A DNA stretch of 64,000 nucleotides. It comes from Trichinella spiralis (taxonomy: Eukaryota). Under the pieces are notes generated by a model. It was not told the origin of the DNA and searched no databases. It saw only the letters and a program-made list of their open reading frames with translations. The position numbers were made by a program, and so were the translations under genes. This document shows positions 29,201 to 42,493 of the stretch, piece by piece. The stretch covers positions 11,274,007 through 11,338,006 of the forward strand of contig NW_003526943.1 of the NCBI RefSeq assembly GCF_000181795.1. Direction: 5' to 3'. Positions within the stretch are counted from its first letter, which is position 1; each line of letters begins with the position of its first letter.

Positions 29201-32200
29201 TATTCATCTATGCAATTTCAACTTTTAGAAGTTTTTCATTTCATTTCATTCATTCCATACTATTTTCTTTGCATTCTTATTCATACATTTAAATATTTGT
29301 TATTTTGTCATGATACATACATACTGCACTTAAATATATGATCGATTCGAAAGCGATGGGAAAATACTTTTTTCTTAAATTACTTTTGATCATCAAAGCT
29401 TTTATACTGTAAGTTTTGTTTTTGTACATGCAGTAGGTAGGTTGATTAGAAAAAAAGTAATGAATTATCTTAATTTTAGATTTTTTTTAAATAATTATAA
29501 TCACTTATTTATTATGTGAATATAAATAATGGCGTTTTTTACTTTATTTTTTATTTTTGTAATAATTATTGATTTTAACAGTGAACATGCTCGTTTGTTT
29601 TGTTGGTTAAAATTCTGTACAAAATTTTCGACCAATCATCGCAGTGAGATTTGTTATTTCAGGCACTTGCGATTTGATCACTACCTCTCCAAGGCCTCCT
29701 CCGTTTAAATTAGCCGAAAAGCAGCTTGCTGATAAGCTGCACGGCATTTTCAGCTTTGGTCAACGTTTACGAGCAAGTGGCGTTTTTGGAACTGAAATTG
29801 TTCAACGTTATCGTCACTCGCCAGCCAATCTCCATTCCCACTGCTCTCTGCCTGCATCCCCTTACAGTAAGTTCACCTTATAATTATGTGCATGTCATAA
29901 GCTTTACTTTACAATAATATTATTATCGTTTCTTTTTGTAAACTAATTAGTTGTGCCGGTATTTTGCTTTTGTTTAAATTTTGCTCATTAATTTCACAAC
30001 GATATATTACAATGAACGAACAGTTGGAGAAAAAAATACTGTTCTAGTATTTAAGTTGTTGGGTTTTTTCTTGGTTACGGAATAAGCATTGCAAAAAATG
30101 AAAAAAAAAATTTTTTCTTTGTTTACTTTTTTCTAACAATCTTCAAAAATAATCATTTGATTATCGATAAAGTTTCTGCTGTTGCAAATTGTAGTTTTCT
30201 TGAAGTTTTTATAATTTTATTTTTGTATTTCTATATTGTTAATTTTTGCAACAGAAGTGACTATGGTTATTTTCTATTGTTCTTATTTTAACATATTCTT
30301 TATATTACAGTATTCTGAAAGTTAAAGCTGAACTGTTATTAATTTACTAATTAATTCAAGTTTATAGTGAAAAATGAATTTATAAAAAATGTTTAAGTTT
30401 TTTTAGTAACCTCTTGGGTTTTTATGATAACTTGATTGTCTGTCGCTTGTCCAAAGAGTTAACTGCATGATTCTGTTAATATTGCTCTTTTTTGTAGTTT
30501 TTTATTGATGTGATTTGTGAACAAATGTTGGATGCATTTTTCTTGAAATGTAAGAAAATTCATATATTAATATTAGTATGATGTTAGTGTACAACAAGCT
30601 TTGCCGGATAAACTTTATTGAAATTATAAGAAATAAATAAGCCCATAAAAATTGACTTGGATCGTACGTAATGCTTCATTATAATTACTTAGAAATGAAA
30701 TTGTAGTGAAATTTTGCCATTTTTTCTTCATATATTTTCACAGTGGGTTTTTGAAAAATTTTCCAAACGTTGCAGACATTGGATTCCAACAATATTAATG
30801 ATTTTAGATTTTTTACTTGACCGGAAATTTCGTAATCTTTTGTCTTGCTCAAGATCTGATCAACGGCCACCATATGTCTTCTGAATTTAATTGGCATCAA
30901 TGGATGAATTAAGCGTTTTTTTTCTTTACATCATATGCATATGCATATGCAAAGCAGTGGAGAATTTACTATTTTTTGTTACTTCTACTTTTTAATTCCA
31001 AGAATGATTTTTGTCAAACTTCTGTGATTTTATTAATTTCGATCAGTTTTAACAACAAAGAAAAGTCTCTTATCAAATCTAGCTCAGCCTACCAGATGGA
31101 TATGCGCTTGTTTGGTCATTTTTGTTTAGAGCTTGGTGTATTGTTTTCCTGCTATTTGTTCAAGCTTGTCAGCTGCCTTGCGTGTGTGTGTATTTTGGAG
31201 GGTCAGCAGTTGCGGCTTAAGACTTGAGAACTAGATTGATCATATGCACGAATGGAATTAACTGAACACAGAGTGAATAATTTTCACTGAATTTTAGTTG
31301 GTGAAAAAAACAAAGCCAAAAAATACTTATTTATATATATATATGAACGTGGTATTTCATTGGTTAATGGCACTCTGCTAGCTGGTTTTAGCCGCTTTGC
31401 GTTACCAAAGCAACGAGGTCAGGTCGCCCTGCTTCAGGTCAGCCCGGTTGAGCTCAGCTTGCTTTTAGCTTTCAATTCACTCACTAATCCGCTTCTATGA
31501 TTCATCAGTATAATCATCATTTTCATTATCAATTCAATTAACCAGCTCTCAGCTGAGAAACAATGCAACACTGATCGAAACATTTCACACCTACTTTTCA
31601 CTGCGCTGCAGAAATAATTTTCTCTTATTGACTATGAAATAAAATGTTTCTATATGCGATGTAAAAAAAGAAATTGAATAATTGTTGTTTAACTGTTGTC
31701 TTTTAATACATTTTAAAGCTCCTTTTTTGAAAAAAAATATGCATCCTACACCAGAGTACAATATGATGCATGGTTTTGTTCTTTTCTCAGAGCACTCATT
31801 TGTTTGTAATAATTTCATATGTTCCAAGTGATGAACAGTTAATAATTCTCTCTCATTCAAATTACATTCTTTGCTTTGAAAAATAATCTTCTTGGCACCA
31901 GCATCTGGCATAATTGCTCTAGCAGGTGTGTAAATCTGAAAAAGAAACATCCATTAAGCAAATGTATCATAGAAAATTAAGAAGAAAATACAATTATAAA
32001 TTGTGATATTTTTTGTTTAAAAAAGGGATCGAATTTCTTTTTTAGCGTTTAATATATGTAATATGAGTATTATTGATTACTGTTGTATTTTTCTTAAAAA
32101 GCACAAGAAGTTTAAATTGTTCGAGATTGTTTCTTTTGATATTCAGTTTTTCTGCTATAGGTCCAGTTGAAAGATTTTGCAGCTGTAAATTTTAAAATCT

Positions 32201-35200
32201 TGTTGCGTTATTGTAATATTTCATGAAATTATTTTCCAAGAAAAATAACATAATTTTAAATTTGTTACTTATTTATATCAGTAAAAAAATAGTAAGATTT
32301 CTGAGCAATATATATATATATGTGTGAATTTTAAATGATGTCTGTCACAACATTGAATGTAGAGATTTTTTTGCATTAAACTTTGTGGGTACAAGTAGTT
32401 TGATGCATTTATTGTTTTTTCTGTCGAATGTCTCTAATGTAACAGCAGAACTTTACTGTGCAAATTTGAATCCCAGTGTCAGCATTATTATTATTATTAT
32501 TATTATGAATACTGTAATATGGATTTCTTTGTTATTGCGTTTATCTTGCGATCAATTAATGGTTCAAATTGCAGCTTTTCACTGTTTATGCTGTTGTTTT
32601 GATGTGAAACGAAGCAAGTGAAATTTAATTTAATTATTAAATTTTTTTAAAAATATTCATTCGATGAGACAGATGCTTCACAAAGTTTGATCAGTGCTTG
32701 CAGTGACGCCGCTCGCCAGTTGTTGCAGAGCTTTTGCTTTGGTCAGTAGTTCTTTTTTTTATTGTTCACCTTCGTTGCTTTTGTTATTATTGTTGGCGAA
32801 CGGTCAGTTTGTGGATGAGCATAACGCCGGGTGACCGTGCTTACGTGACATTGGTCTTGTGGTCAATTGGCGGAAACAGATGCCCAACTGACCGATGGTC
32901 AGTGGTGCGCGTTGGACCGTCAAATGACCGTTGGTCATTGACAATTTTTTGGCACTTTTCAACTGAGTTTTTTTTGGTCATTCGGTCATTGAAAATGGTT
33001 CTTTATTGCGTTTCTTTCCCTTTTTGTGCTGGCCATCCGGTCAGTCAGCAGTCAATCTCGTCTGGCTATTTTGCCGCCAGTTGGTGGTTAACTTTTGTAG
33101 GTGCTTTGTTACTTCAAAGTGAATTAATTCATTGTATTCAGAATCATGGCGGCGACGTCTTATCATTATTATTATTATTATTATTGTTATTGTTATTGTT
33201 ATTAGCCATATTTTTCCTTCATAGCAGAATTCGTTGTTTGTTGCTTAATCACGCCGCGCTGACCTTCTGTTCCTCTGTTTTGCACGACACACGTCCACGC
33301 CTAGCGTTAAATAAGGTAAACTATCTCTGGAGATGTATTTCATTATATAAAATAATTTAAATTAAATAATTTGATTTAATATGATAATTTTTTTTCTATT
33401 GTTATTTTTAATATGTTTTGTTGAAAAAATGGGCACTGGAAAAATTCAAATATTGAGTTTGTGTTTCATAACAATTGATGAATTCATCATTTCTTTGCAA
33501 ATTTTCCCATGTTTGAATGAATAATTATTTTTTAATTTAATTTAATTAAAAATTAAATTTTTTATTTTATTAAAAGAAGAAAAATAGCCATTGTATGTAT
33601 CGATGACACATTCCATCCATTTCGAATGGCATGAGAGAAAAATTGCCTTGTTTGTCTTCTGGAACAGCTGCGTGTCGCTTTGCTTTGCACACAACACGCT
33701 TGCTAAAATGACCAGTTTTTGAAGCAATTAATTTTTTTTCGTTTTCCATTTGTTTGTTTTTTTTGTTTACTGTAAAAATTGACATTGCCTTTTCGCTTTA
33801 TTATTATCTATATCTCTTAATAGGACTCTTTGCGCAATTTTGAACGTTGAAACACTCGTGAAAATCTGCAATGAACACAACTTTGTAAATAATTATAATG
33901 TTGGTGACAGTGATGAGTTGAAGGACATCCCATTCTGCAGGTGTCCAGTTTTCTGTTTGCGGCGGTCAATTTTTAGGGGATGCTATTTTTCTCAAAAATA
34001 GCAAATAGGCAACAGGGGCGTTGGCCAAATCCAGTTTGCATATCCGTAAACTGTCGACCTTGATAATTTAATCCTAACATTAAGGAATCGATCTGATTGG
34101 CCATTTTTGCTGACACATTTTTGAAATGCTACCCACTACGTCTGCGCATTCTTCAATTAGCGTGCGTGTTTTGGTGAAAGATGTAGTTTTTCTTTTTTAC
34201 TGAACAGTCGTCAATGGTGGAACAAACGGTTGACACGTGGCGTAGATGGTTAGCATGTAGATTTAGAAAATCATTTCGATCAGGTTTGGTATCATTATTA
34301 TTATTGTTGTTTTTGTCTTATATATTTGTTACGTGTATTTTTTTATTAGCTAATTAAGCTCATTAGTTAATGTACTTTACTCGACATTTTATAATTTTAA
34401 TATTGTTTACGTTAAATAATTTCAAGAATTTATTTCTATTTATTTTACATTATTTCATCAATACAGTAAATTTATTTCATTTCATTTTTTGAGTGATAAA
34501 TGATCAACAAGTACTATTGCGATAGGGTACTGTAGTTTTAAATTTCAATCGTCGATAAGAAAATCAATGCAATATTGTTTTTTGAATATTTCATCGACAT
34601 AAGTTTTAATCTCATTAGACTATTTTTTGTGTAAAAATGAAATTTAAAAATTTATTTTTCCAATATTGCTAACCAGTTTGGATGGAGAATGCGTCGTGTG
34701 TTTCATATTATTTATATTAGTAAAGTAGTAATGCAGAATAAAATTGAACACTGTTTTTGATTTTATAGAAAAAAATGTGATGAGAATATTTTTTTTATTC
34801 AATCTTAAGTATATTTTGTAGTGTTTTCTGATTTTTCTTGTTGCTTTTTGCTTGTTGGATGTGACCAGTTGATCGAAATAGCATTGTTCATTTCGGGCAT
34901 TCGTGAAACGGTAAGCGAATGTGTCAACTGCCCAATGTTTATCAGTACATCAATTGTCAGTGTTGTACAGATTGTTATTTAAAATTGATTGTCACTTTTA
35001 TAGTTTTGTTTAAATTTTCCAGAATGTATGATTAATTGCCTTTATTTGTATTTATGTAAATGTTCTTACTACTTTTATTTGTTGAAGAAAAGTTGCAATT
35101 GAATAATTTGTTCTTTGTTGTCAGATTGTTTAATTTAAAGTGTCATCAAAATTGATATAATAATTGATGAAGGAAAAGTTGTACATTGATGTTGAATAGT

Positions 35201-38200
35201 GTGAGGCCGATGTGAATTTATTTTAGGTTTGAATTGGTGAATATAATAAATACAGGCTCTTTGAGATTTGCATAGTTGTTTGACATTTCTAGGCTAGTTA
35301 CTTTTACTGTGTTTGCTTTGTCGAGTTTGATTTTTGTCAAGTCGACTCATTTCCGCCCAGTCGGATACATTTTTGTCAGTGATCTTGCCTGATGTATATT
35401 TTTCCGGCCAGTTTGGCGCCAGTCGGCATCTAGGGTTTATTGTGCCGAACTATACTTGGACAATGGTCATTTGTTTCCAGCAAGCGGTTGACGAACATCC
35501 GTTGGTGATTGCAACGTCCAGGCCAAGCTGTCCGAGGACAATTGACCATTGTGTTTCACAGGCGCTGGTCAATAAGCGACGGTCAGTCGTTTTTCATTGG
35601 TTTACTTTAGAGTGGCCACCAGGCAAGCAAGACGCTGCTGTTCTGGCGCGGGTCAGCTTTTAGCTAGCTGATTTAACTAAGAGGAGACGTTAAGATTTTG
35701 CCACAGCTTCAGCGCCAGTGCGATGCTCTTGTCGATTAAGCTTACGAAGACCGATTAATCAGCTTAATTGAAGCTCGTTAGCTTCAACTGTTACTAGGCT
35801 AATGTTTAAAACCTCATAAGCGGGTGCCTATTTTGACCAACTAGTTCCAATTGATGTTATTCCACGGCAGCAAGAATGTTCAAGCAAATGTAAATGTAAA
35901 TGTGTGTGTATGTGTGTATTCAGTTAGCGTTGGTGCAAAACGTTATGACTAGATCTGTATTGATGTTGATTACGGACACTTTATCTATTATTATTATATA
36001 TATTTTTTCAAAAAATCATAAATTGGATTGTTTTTGTTTTCGAAAAAAGCAAATGAAATTTCCGCTTTTTTGTTACGCTTCTTCAATGACCTTGTGTGCT
36101 TTATGAGGCGCAATGCCAGCCAACTAATTCTCTTCTGAACTCAGTGAAAATTGTTGTTTCCTCAGGATGTTTGAATTTGACAAAGTGGATCTGCTTAGCG
36201 TCGATTAAAACAGCACGACGGTTTGTTCCATTCATTCAGAATCGTTAAGTTCGATTGCCACATGGTTGCTCTTTTCTTATATCACACTGCACTCTTTCTT
36301 CACTAATTATGCATATCCTAAGAAATTGAGCAATTTATTTGTTTTTATATGTCAATATAAAAGGAAAACTTAAAAATATACGCTGGGTATGTATAATCAG
36401 TGCTGTTGTTAAATTATGGAAATGCGTACGTTTAATTTTAGTTTCATTCTAATATCAAATTTGTTTGTTGTTCATAATTTATTGTGTTAACATAAGATTT
36501 CCAACAAATGAGATCAGCATTTGATGTTTCAAATTGAAATTGAAATTTTGTTTTGCTTTGCTTTGCTTTATTTTAGCATAATAATTTTACAATTTTGTAT
36601 TGTCATGTTTTGAATATGAATAGTAATTTTTTCCAAAAATAGGACAAAAACAGTGGCACGTTTGGGGTTTTCATGAGAAAATTTTAAATATACGTTTGAG
36701 TTAGTCAATTTTGAAAATTTGGCCAAGCATCACTGTTTTATTGAATATAGATAGGCAAAATTGTAGAGAAATTAAGCCAACTGGCCAGTCGGTCGGTTGG
36801 CCATGACTTTTCTAATGATAACGTCTTCGAGCTTCATTATTCATCTTCTTTCTCCTTGTGCTATTTTTGAAACTTTCATCAATCTTTCTCAAGCAGCATT
36901 GCACTGCAAAGCGTATTATCTTAGTATCTTGATTTTTCTAATAATTTTCCAATCGTTATTATTTCTGATGACGCGTGGCTGCATATTATTTTTCCCTTTC
37001 TCGCTCTAATTCTTTTTCATTTTTTTCAAATAAAATTATGAATAATTAAATGATCTATTATTTCGGATTATAAAATTAATGCTCAAATATATAAATAAAT
37101 GAAAGGTAATTATACAAGTAAATTGTTCAGAAATCAAATCGAATTATATTTGCTATCTAGATATTTTAATTTTATCAATATATTAACTCTATTATTTTGA
37201 TATATTTAATTTGTTCATTTCATGAACATTTTGCACTATATTGGCATTCGAGATTTGAGTACTGATATTGTTGTTACTTTTTTCAAACTAAAGACACTGG
37301 AAAAGCAAGCAACAGCTTGATTTGTATTTCTGATTTTGAATTTGAAATGAAGATTGAAGAAAATAGCAGATTTTTTTGATTTTAGTGAACGAAAGGAAAC
37401 GTTCTCCAATGCGTTTGGAGCGCAACTCTAGACGGTCCAGTCAGGAAAGTTTGTTGTCGTTGATGAGCAATAACAGCAGCAGTGTGAACAGTTACGTGAA
37501 TTATAAGCCTTGCTGTCAGCAAGCGCACCGTAGTCATCGTGGTCCGTCCAGCGTGGGTGGAGGGTCGAGTCGAAGTTCCCTACTCACGGATAGTAGCTAC
37601 GAAGCGAACTGCCGCCACAAGGCCCGCCCGCGGTCAACCAAACAGCTGGCGGTTCAAGCATGCGGCACGAGTCCGTTGCTTGCAACCGCGGCTTGTTGTG
37701 CTGATGTCAAGCCGATGGCATTCGAACTTCCGGTGGTCGACCGCGACGAGACGTTCCTGGTCAGTCGTCAGTGGCTTTTCCACGAGCTGAAGGAAATTTT
37801 GGTGTACCCGTACTGCGAGAACGGCATGAAAGGAGCCGTGCTGTATGGTCTGTCCGGTACTGGCAAGACGACCATCTTGCACCAGTTGGCAGCGGCTTGT
37901 CCACTTCAGGCGCCGGTGCGTTGCTTGAACAACGTCAATTCGACAGCTGCCTATGAAAGTCCGTCGCAGAATAGCCACAGTCAAGTGACCAGTGCCAGCA
38001 GTGACAGTGGATTTCTGTCCACGCGTTCCAAAGTGAACCATTCGTCCGGTTGCGGTGCAGTGGTGTCAGCGGAGGACAGTCGACCGGGCTGGTTGCGCGA
38101 CGTGGCCGATTCAGTGGTCGCGTATCATTTCTGCCAACTGGACAACGAGATCACTTGCTCGTTGCCTGAGTTTTTGTACAATTTGGCTACAATGATTGCT

Positions 38201-41200
38201 CTCAGTCCGACAATGAGCCCTTATGCGGAGCTCATTGCCGCTGAGCCGGATTTGCAGAAACTTTTTGATAAGGTTAAATTTTACGAATCTCCACTGCAGA
38301 CCTTCAGACGGCTGGTGTCAGAACCGTTGCAACGACTGCATCGGCTGGGCAAGTTGAAGCGCACTTTGGCGGCGGACGCTGAAGCTGTCGGTCGGAACTT
38401 TCTCGTCCTGATCGACGCACTCGACGAGGCTCACTTCCATCGTCCAGATTCGACCGATTCGATCAGCTCATTTCTTCTCGCCCACGGTCAACAGTTGTTT
38501 CCAGCCTGCTTCCGGCTTGTTCTCAGCGTCCACTCGGACTGGCTGCAACTGGTCAAGGGTCTACCATTGCACAAGATCGACCTGAACTGCACAACCGATG
38601 ATCGTGTGCATCGCGACAGTCTCCAGTACGTGAAGCGTCGTTTGGACAGCTGTCTGGCCATACAGAACAACGTCTCTTGCAAAGCTGCATCGTTGGACTG
38701 GAGCTGGAGTTCATCTGGCGGAAGCATTCTGGACCGGTTCGCTGAACACTTGGTCACCGTGGCCAAGGGTTGCTTTTTGTACTTGAAACTGGTGTTGGAT
38801 TTGATCCAGCAAAATTACATCGTCGTCAAAGGGACCAACTACAGACTGTTGCCGATCAATTTGAGCGAAGTATTCACGCTGATGTTGAGCTTGAAATTTC
38901 CCACCGAACGCAGTTACAGACAAGTGACTCCAGTGTTGGAAGCGGTACTGGCGTCGCGCAGGCCGTTGACCGCTGAACAACTGTACACCGTCTGTTGTGC
39001 AACGGAGCTGATTCCACAGCTCAAGTGGGATCAGTTCAGAGATCAGCTGACTCAGCTGAGAGAATTTCTCATCTCTACACGTACCGGTACATTTGTCTGC
39101 TTTCATCCAGCTTTTCGTCAATGGCTCATCAGCCGTGAACAGGGTTCAAGTACTCGTTTTCTTTGTGATGTCAAGTAATAATGGATTTTTCTGAATGAAC
39201 CAAATTAGTCGATGTTTTATTCGTTAGTTAATAATTGATCAATTTATTTCATTAGAAGAGGACACGCATCGATTGCTCTATGGTTAACTCGGCGTTGTTC
39301 TGAAAAATCTCTCGCTGCAGAGGATTTACAAGAGCTTGGCCATCATCTGCTCAAAGCACACATTTACAAAAATGTACAACGGCCTGATTGCATACTGAAC
39401 GAATGTCAACTGTTCTGGCTGAATCACAGTGCTGTCGACATTAAATCGTCATTGTGTTCGACGAGGAATATTTTCCAGCCGAATACGAAAGTTTCAAAAT
39501 TGCTATTATTGGCCGGGGCAGACCCGAATTGCAAAACCAACCATTTTCACGGAGCACCTTTGCTGTGCGTGGCCTGCAGACAAGGATTGTACCAATTTGC
39601 GACGCTTTTGTTGGAATTCAACGCTGATGTCAATGCTGTGGACGAGAACATGCTGAGTCCACTGATGCACGCGGCAATTGGAGGCAATTTGGATTTGATA
39701 CAAATGTTGCACGAACACGGTGCACTGGTAAATTATTTCACATGTTCATTAATTGATTGATGATTGGTTGATTTTTTTCCCCTCTCAATTTAGATTAATC
39801 AACTTGATAAACAGAACAAATGTGCTTTAATACATGCAGCAGAAAATGGCCACGTGAAAGTGGTAAGCTTTTTGTTGCAATGCGACTGGGCTCCGTGTAA
39901 AAGTGGCAACGCTAGTGGCGGTTATCCGATCACGTCGAAAAGTCAAATCATCCAACAGGCATTTGTCATGGCTGCAGCAGTTGGGCAGATTTCCGTGTGC
40001 AAGTTTTTGCTCGATTTTTGCGATGTGCACATAGATATTTGTGATCTCGTCACCGGTGAAACAGGTATGCAGATGTAAATGTTGTTTCTAATTTTTGATC
40101 ATCACATTGTCTGAATTTTATTCAGCTTTGTCCATGGCTTGCTCGAACGGAAACAAGGATACTGTACACTATTTGTTGCAGAACAATGCCCAAGTTTCTC
40201 TAGGTCGATCGGAACATCCCACGCCACCGTTGCTTCAAGTAATTGCAAAGAACAAAATGATCAAATCTGCTTTGTTGAAATTACACTACCTACCTATTTA
40301 TTAATTGTGTTGTTCGTTTGAAGGCTGTGCAGAATGGTTGTTGGGAAATTGTTTCGGCATTACTCACCACAGGGGTGGATGTTGACAACGAGGTTAACGG
40401 TACTGGTATGACGGCATTAATGCTTGCCGCGCAATGTGGACACATCGGCGTTATGGAACTACTACTTGGACGTGGTATAAATTGGATTTAAAAATTTTAA
40501 TAAAAAGTAAAAAAGTAATTTTGTTGCTTTTCTCTTTTAAGATGCTAGCGTGAACATTACGGACGACAGTGACAGAAATGCACTTTGCTGGGCGTGCATC
40601 GGAGCTCAGACATCTTGCGTGGGATTGCTCCTTGATCGTGGAGCAAAGCTGAACGAAGCGGATCGCTTCGGCAACATGCCAATCCACTACGCTGCGCAGT
40701 ACGGTTGCAAAACGTTGTTGCAATTGTTGATCGACCGTGGAGCCACGCTGGAACGTGCCAACAAGCAAGGCTTCCGACCGCTCGAAGTGAGCATCGACGC
40801 GGATAATGTGGACACGTTTCAACGCCTGTTGCGTCGAGGCGCTAAACTCGGTCCGGCGACATGGACTCGAACGGTCGGCAAGCCTCGCTTCACGGTACTG
40901 TTGTTGGAGAAGCTGGTGCAGGATGGCTATTTGTTGTACAAGAAGGGACGACTGAAAGAGGCGGCGCACAGGTTTTCTTACGCTTTGAAAAAGGTGCCCG
41001 GAAATGTGGTGGACAAATTGTCGTCGTCGGTTGGCGACACCGGCTCTGATACTGGGGCAAAATTGCAAGAGCTCAGCTATCACTTGACTCTGGGTTTGGC
41101 GAGATGCGGTCGAAAGGCTGGAAACTTGGAACAGGCGGTTCAACTGGCCGGTGAGGCCATCCAGCTGGATCCTGATCGCTTTGAAGCTTACTTTGTCAGA

Positions 41201-41713
41201 GCTAGGTGCCAGTGTGAGGCGAAGCGTTGGATTGCCGCGCGCAGTGATTTTCAAAAAGCGTTACGCCTTTGTCCGGACAACAAGGAAATTTCAGATTCGT
41301 TGATCCGTCTGCAAAATTACATCGACCAGAAAAAGCCTGAAGTTTCCTCTTCTGCAGCGAGCCAACAGCAGCAACAGCAGCAGCAGCAACAACAACAACA
41401 ACAACAACAACAGCCGAAACCAAGCTCAACTGACGATGGGAAAATCCATGCACAAAGTCGACCGACTGCTGTTGTTAACAACAACTGTTCCACTCCTTAT
41501 TGTTCTGCATCATCATCTGCTGCTGCTGCTTCGTTTGTCGCCGACCAGCGGAAAACGTTGGACAGTGGTCATCGCCGGACGGCCACCGGTCGACCTGCAA
41601 CAACATCCTACACCCAGCGTCCATCATCTCATTGTTCTGCTGCTGCAGCAGCTGCTGCTGTTGCTGCTGCTGGATCAGCGGCATTTACCAACGGTGTTGA
41701 AACGGAGCTGTAA
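20268..41713 (+). CDS. TANC: TANC/rolling pebbles-like scaffold: N-terminal Cys motif, P-loop (NACHT-like) NTPase, ankyrin repeats, TPRs, polyQ, C-terminal PDZ-binding motif
   Basis: Phase-consistent exons 20268-20478, 25252-25542, 28638-28976, 29663-29866, 37386-39174, 39256-39727, ~39794-40064, ~40126-40238, ~40324-40473 and ~40542-41713. Walker A GLSGTGKT, VVAYHFCQLDNEITC, Walker B LVLIDALDE, ELGHHLLKAHIYK, multiple ankyrin repeats, TPR helices, ends ...VETEL*. The core is high confidence; linkage of the four 5' exons is inferred from splice phase. Confidence 0.88.
32741..33043. promoter_or_regulatory. GC-richer intronic island with a GGTCA/TGACC cluster (candidate enhancer or alternative promoter)
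   Basis: 11 GGTCA/TGACC pentamers counted in ~300 bp, including two perfect TGACC-N3-GGTCA palindromes. Function is inferred. Confidence 0.4.
41362..41413 (+). repeat. CAG/CAA repeat encoding polyQ (about 17 Q) in the TANC-like last exon
   Basis: caacagcagcaacagcag...caacaacaacag seen directly; GCT/GCA poly-Ala tracts follow. Confidence 0.9.
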
Positions 41714-42493
41714 ACAGATAGATATGCTGCAATCAAGCAACAAACAACAACAACAACCACATCTGCTTTTTCACTTTTTCTTTTGTTCTTTCTTAACTTA
41801 TTATTGTCTCATATGTTTATCTGTCTGTATATGTATGTGTATAATATTATTGAATTGTAAAAAATAAAAATTTTAAGAAAAGAAAAAATATCTTCTTTTT
41901 TGTTCTAAATTAAATGAGATTAACTGACTTTAGAGCTATCTAGCTGTAGGAGTCAGTCGGTGATATTGTGTTATTGTATAGAGAGAAAGAGAGACACAGG
42001 CAGCTAGCTTAAAAGCTAACCACAAAGCATAATTTAAAACAAATAAATGTACAATTGCTGCTGTACAAAAAATGAACCTTGTCATTATTAAAACGGAATA
42101 TTTTAAAATTATATATATACTTGGCATTAATTTCATAATATCAATTGTGAATTGCATATCAGTGAATAGTAAAATCAAAATTTAATGTAAACAGATAATA
42201 ATCAATAATACAATCTGAAGTATTATTATTATTATTACATGAGTTTAAAATTCAAAGATTCAAGGATTATTTTAATATAAAAAGAATTTTATTAAGAAAA
42301 CATCAAAAAATAGAAACTAAGCAATGATCTACAACAGCAAGTAAGTAAACCTAAAAAGAAAACAAAAAATAAACAGCACGAATAATAACTAAACAAGTCA
42401 AATAACAGTCAGGGCATTAATGTGGGCCCATTGCCACCGCATACTACGATGATAACTACAGAGAAGCAATTCACAAAACAACCGGTCTAAAAT

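Noticed and set aside
32734..33360. 208-aa plus-strand ORF in a TANC intron
   Set aside because: Non-ATG start, Leu run produced by a (TTA/TTG)n microsatellite, and no domain; better explained as a regulatory island.
40451..41254. 267-aa minus-strand ORF and other ORFs overlapping TANC exons
   Set aside because: Antisense or alternate-frame shadows of GC-richer coding exons.
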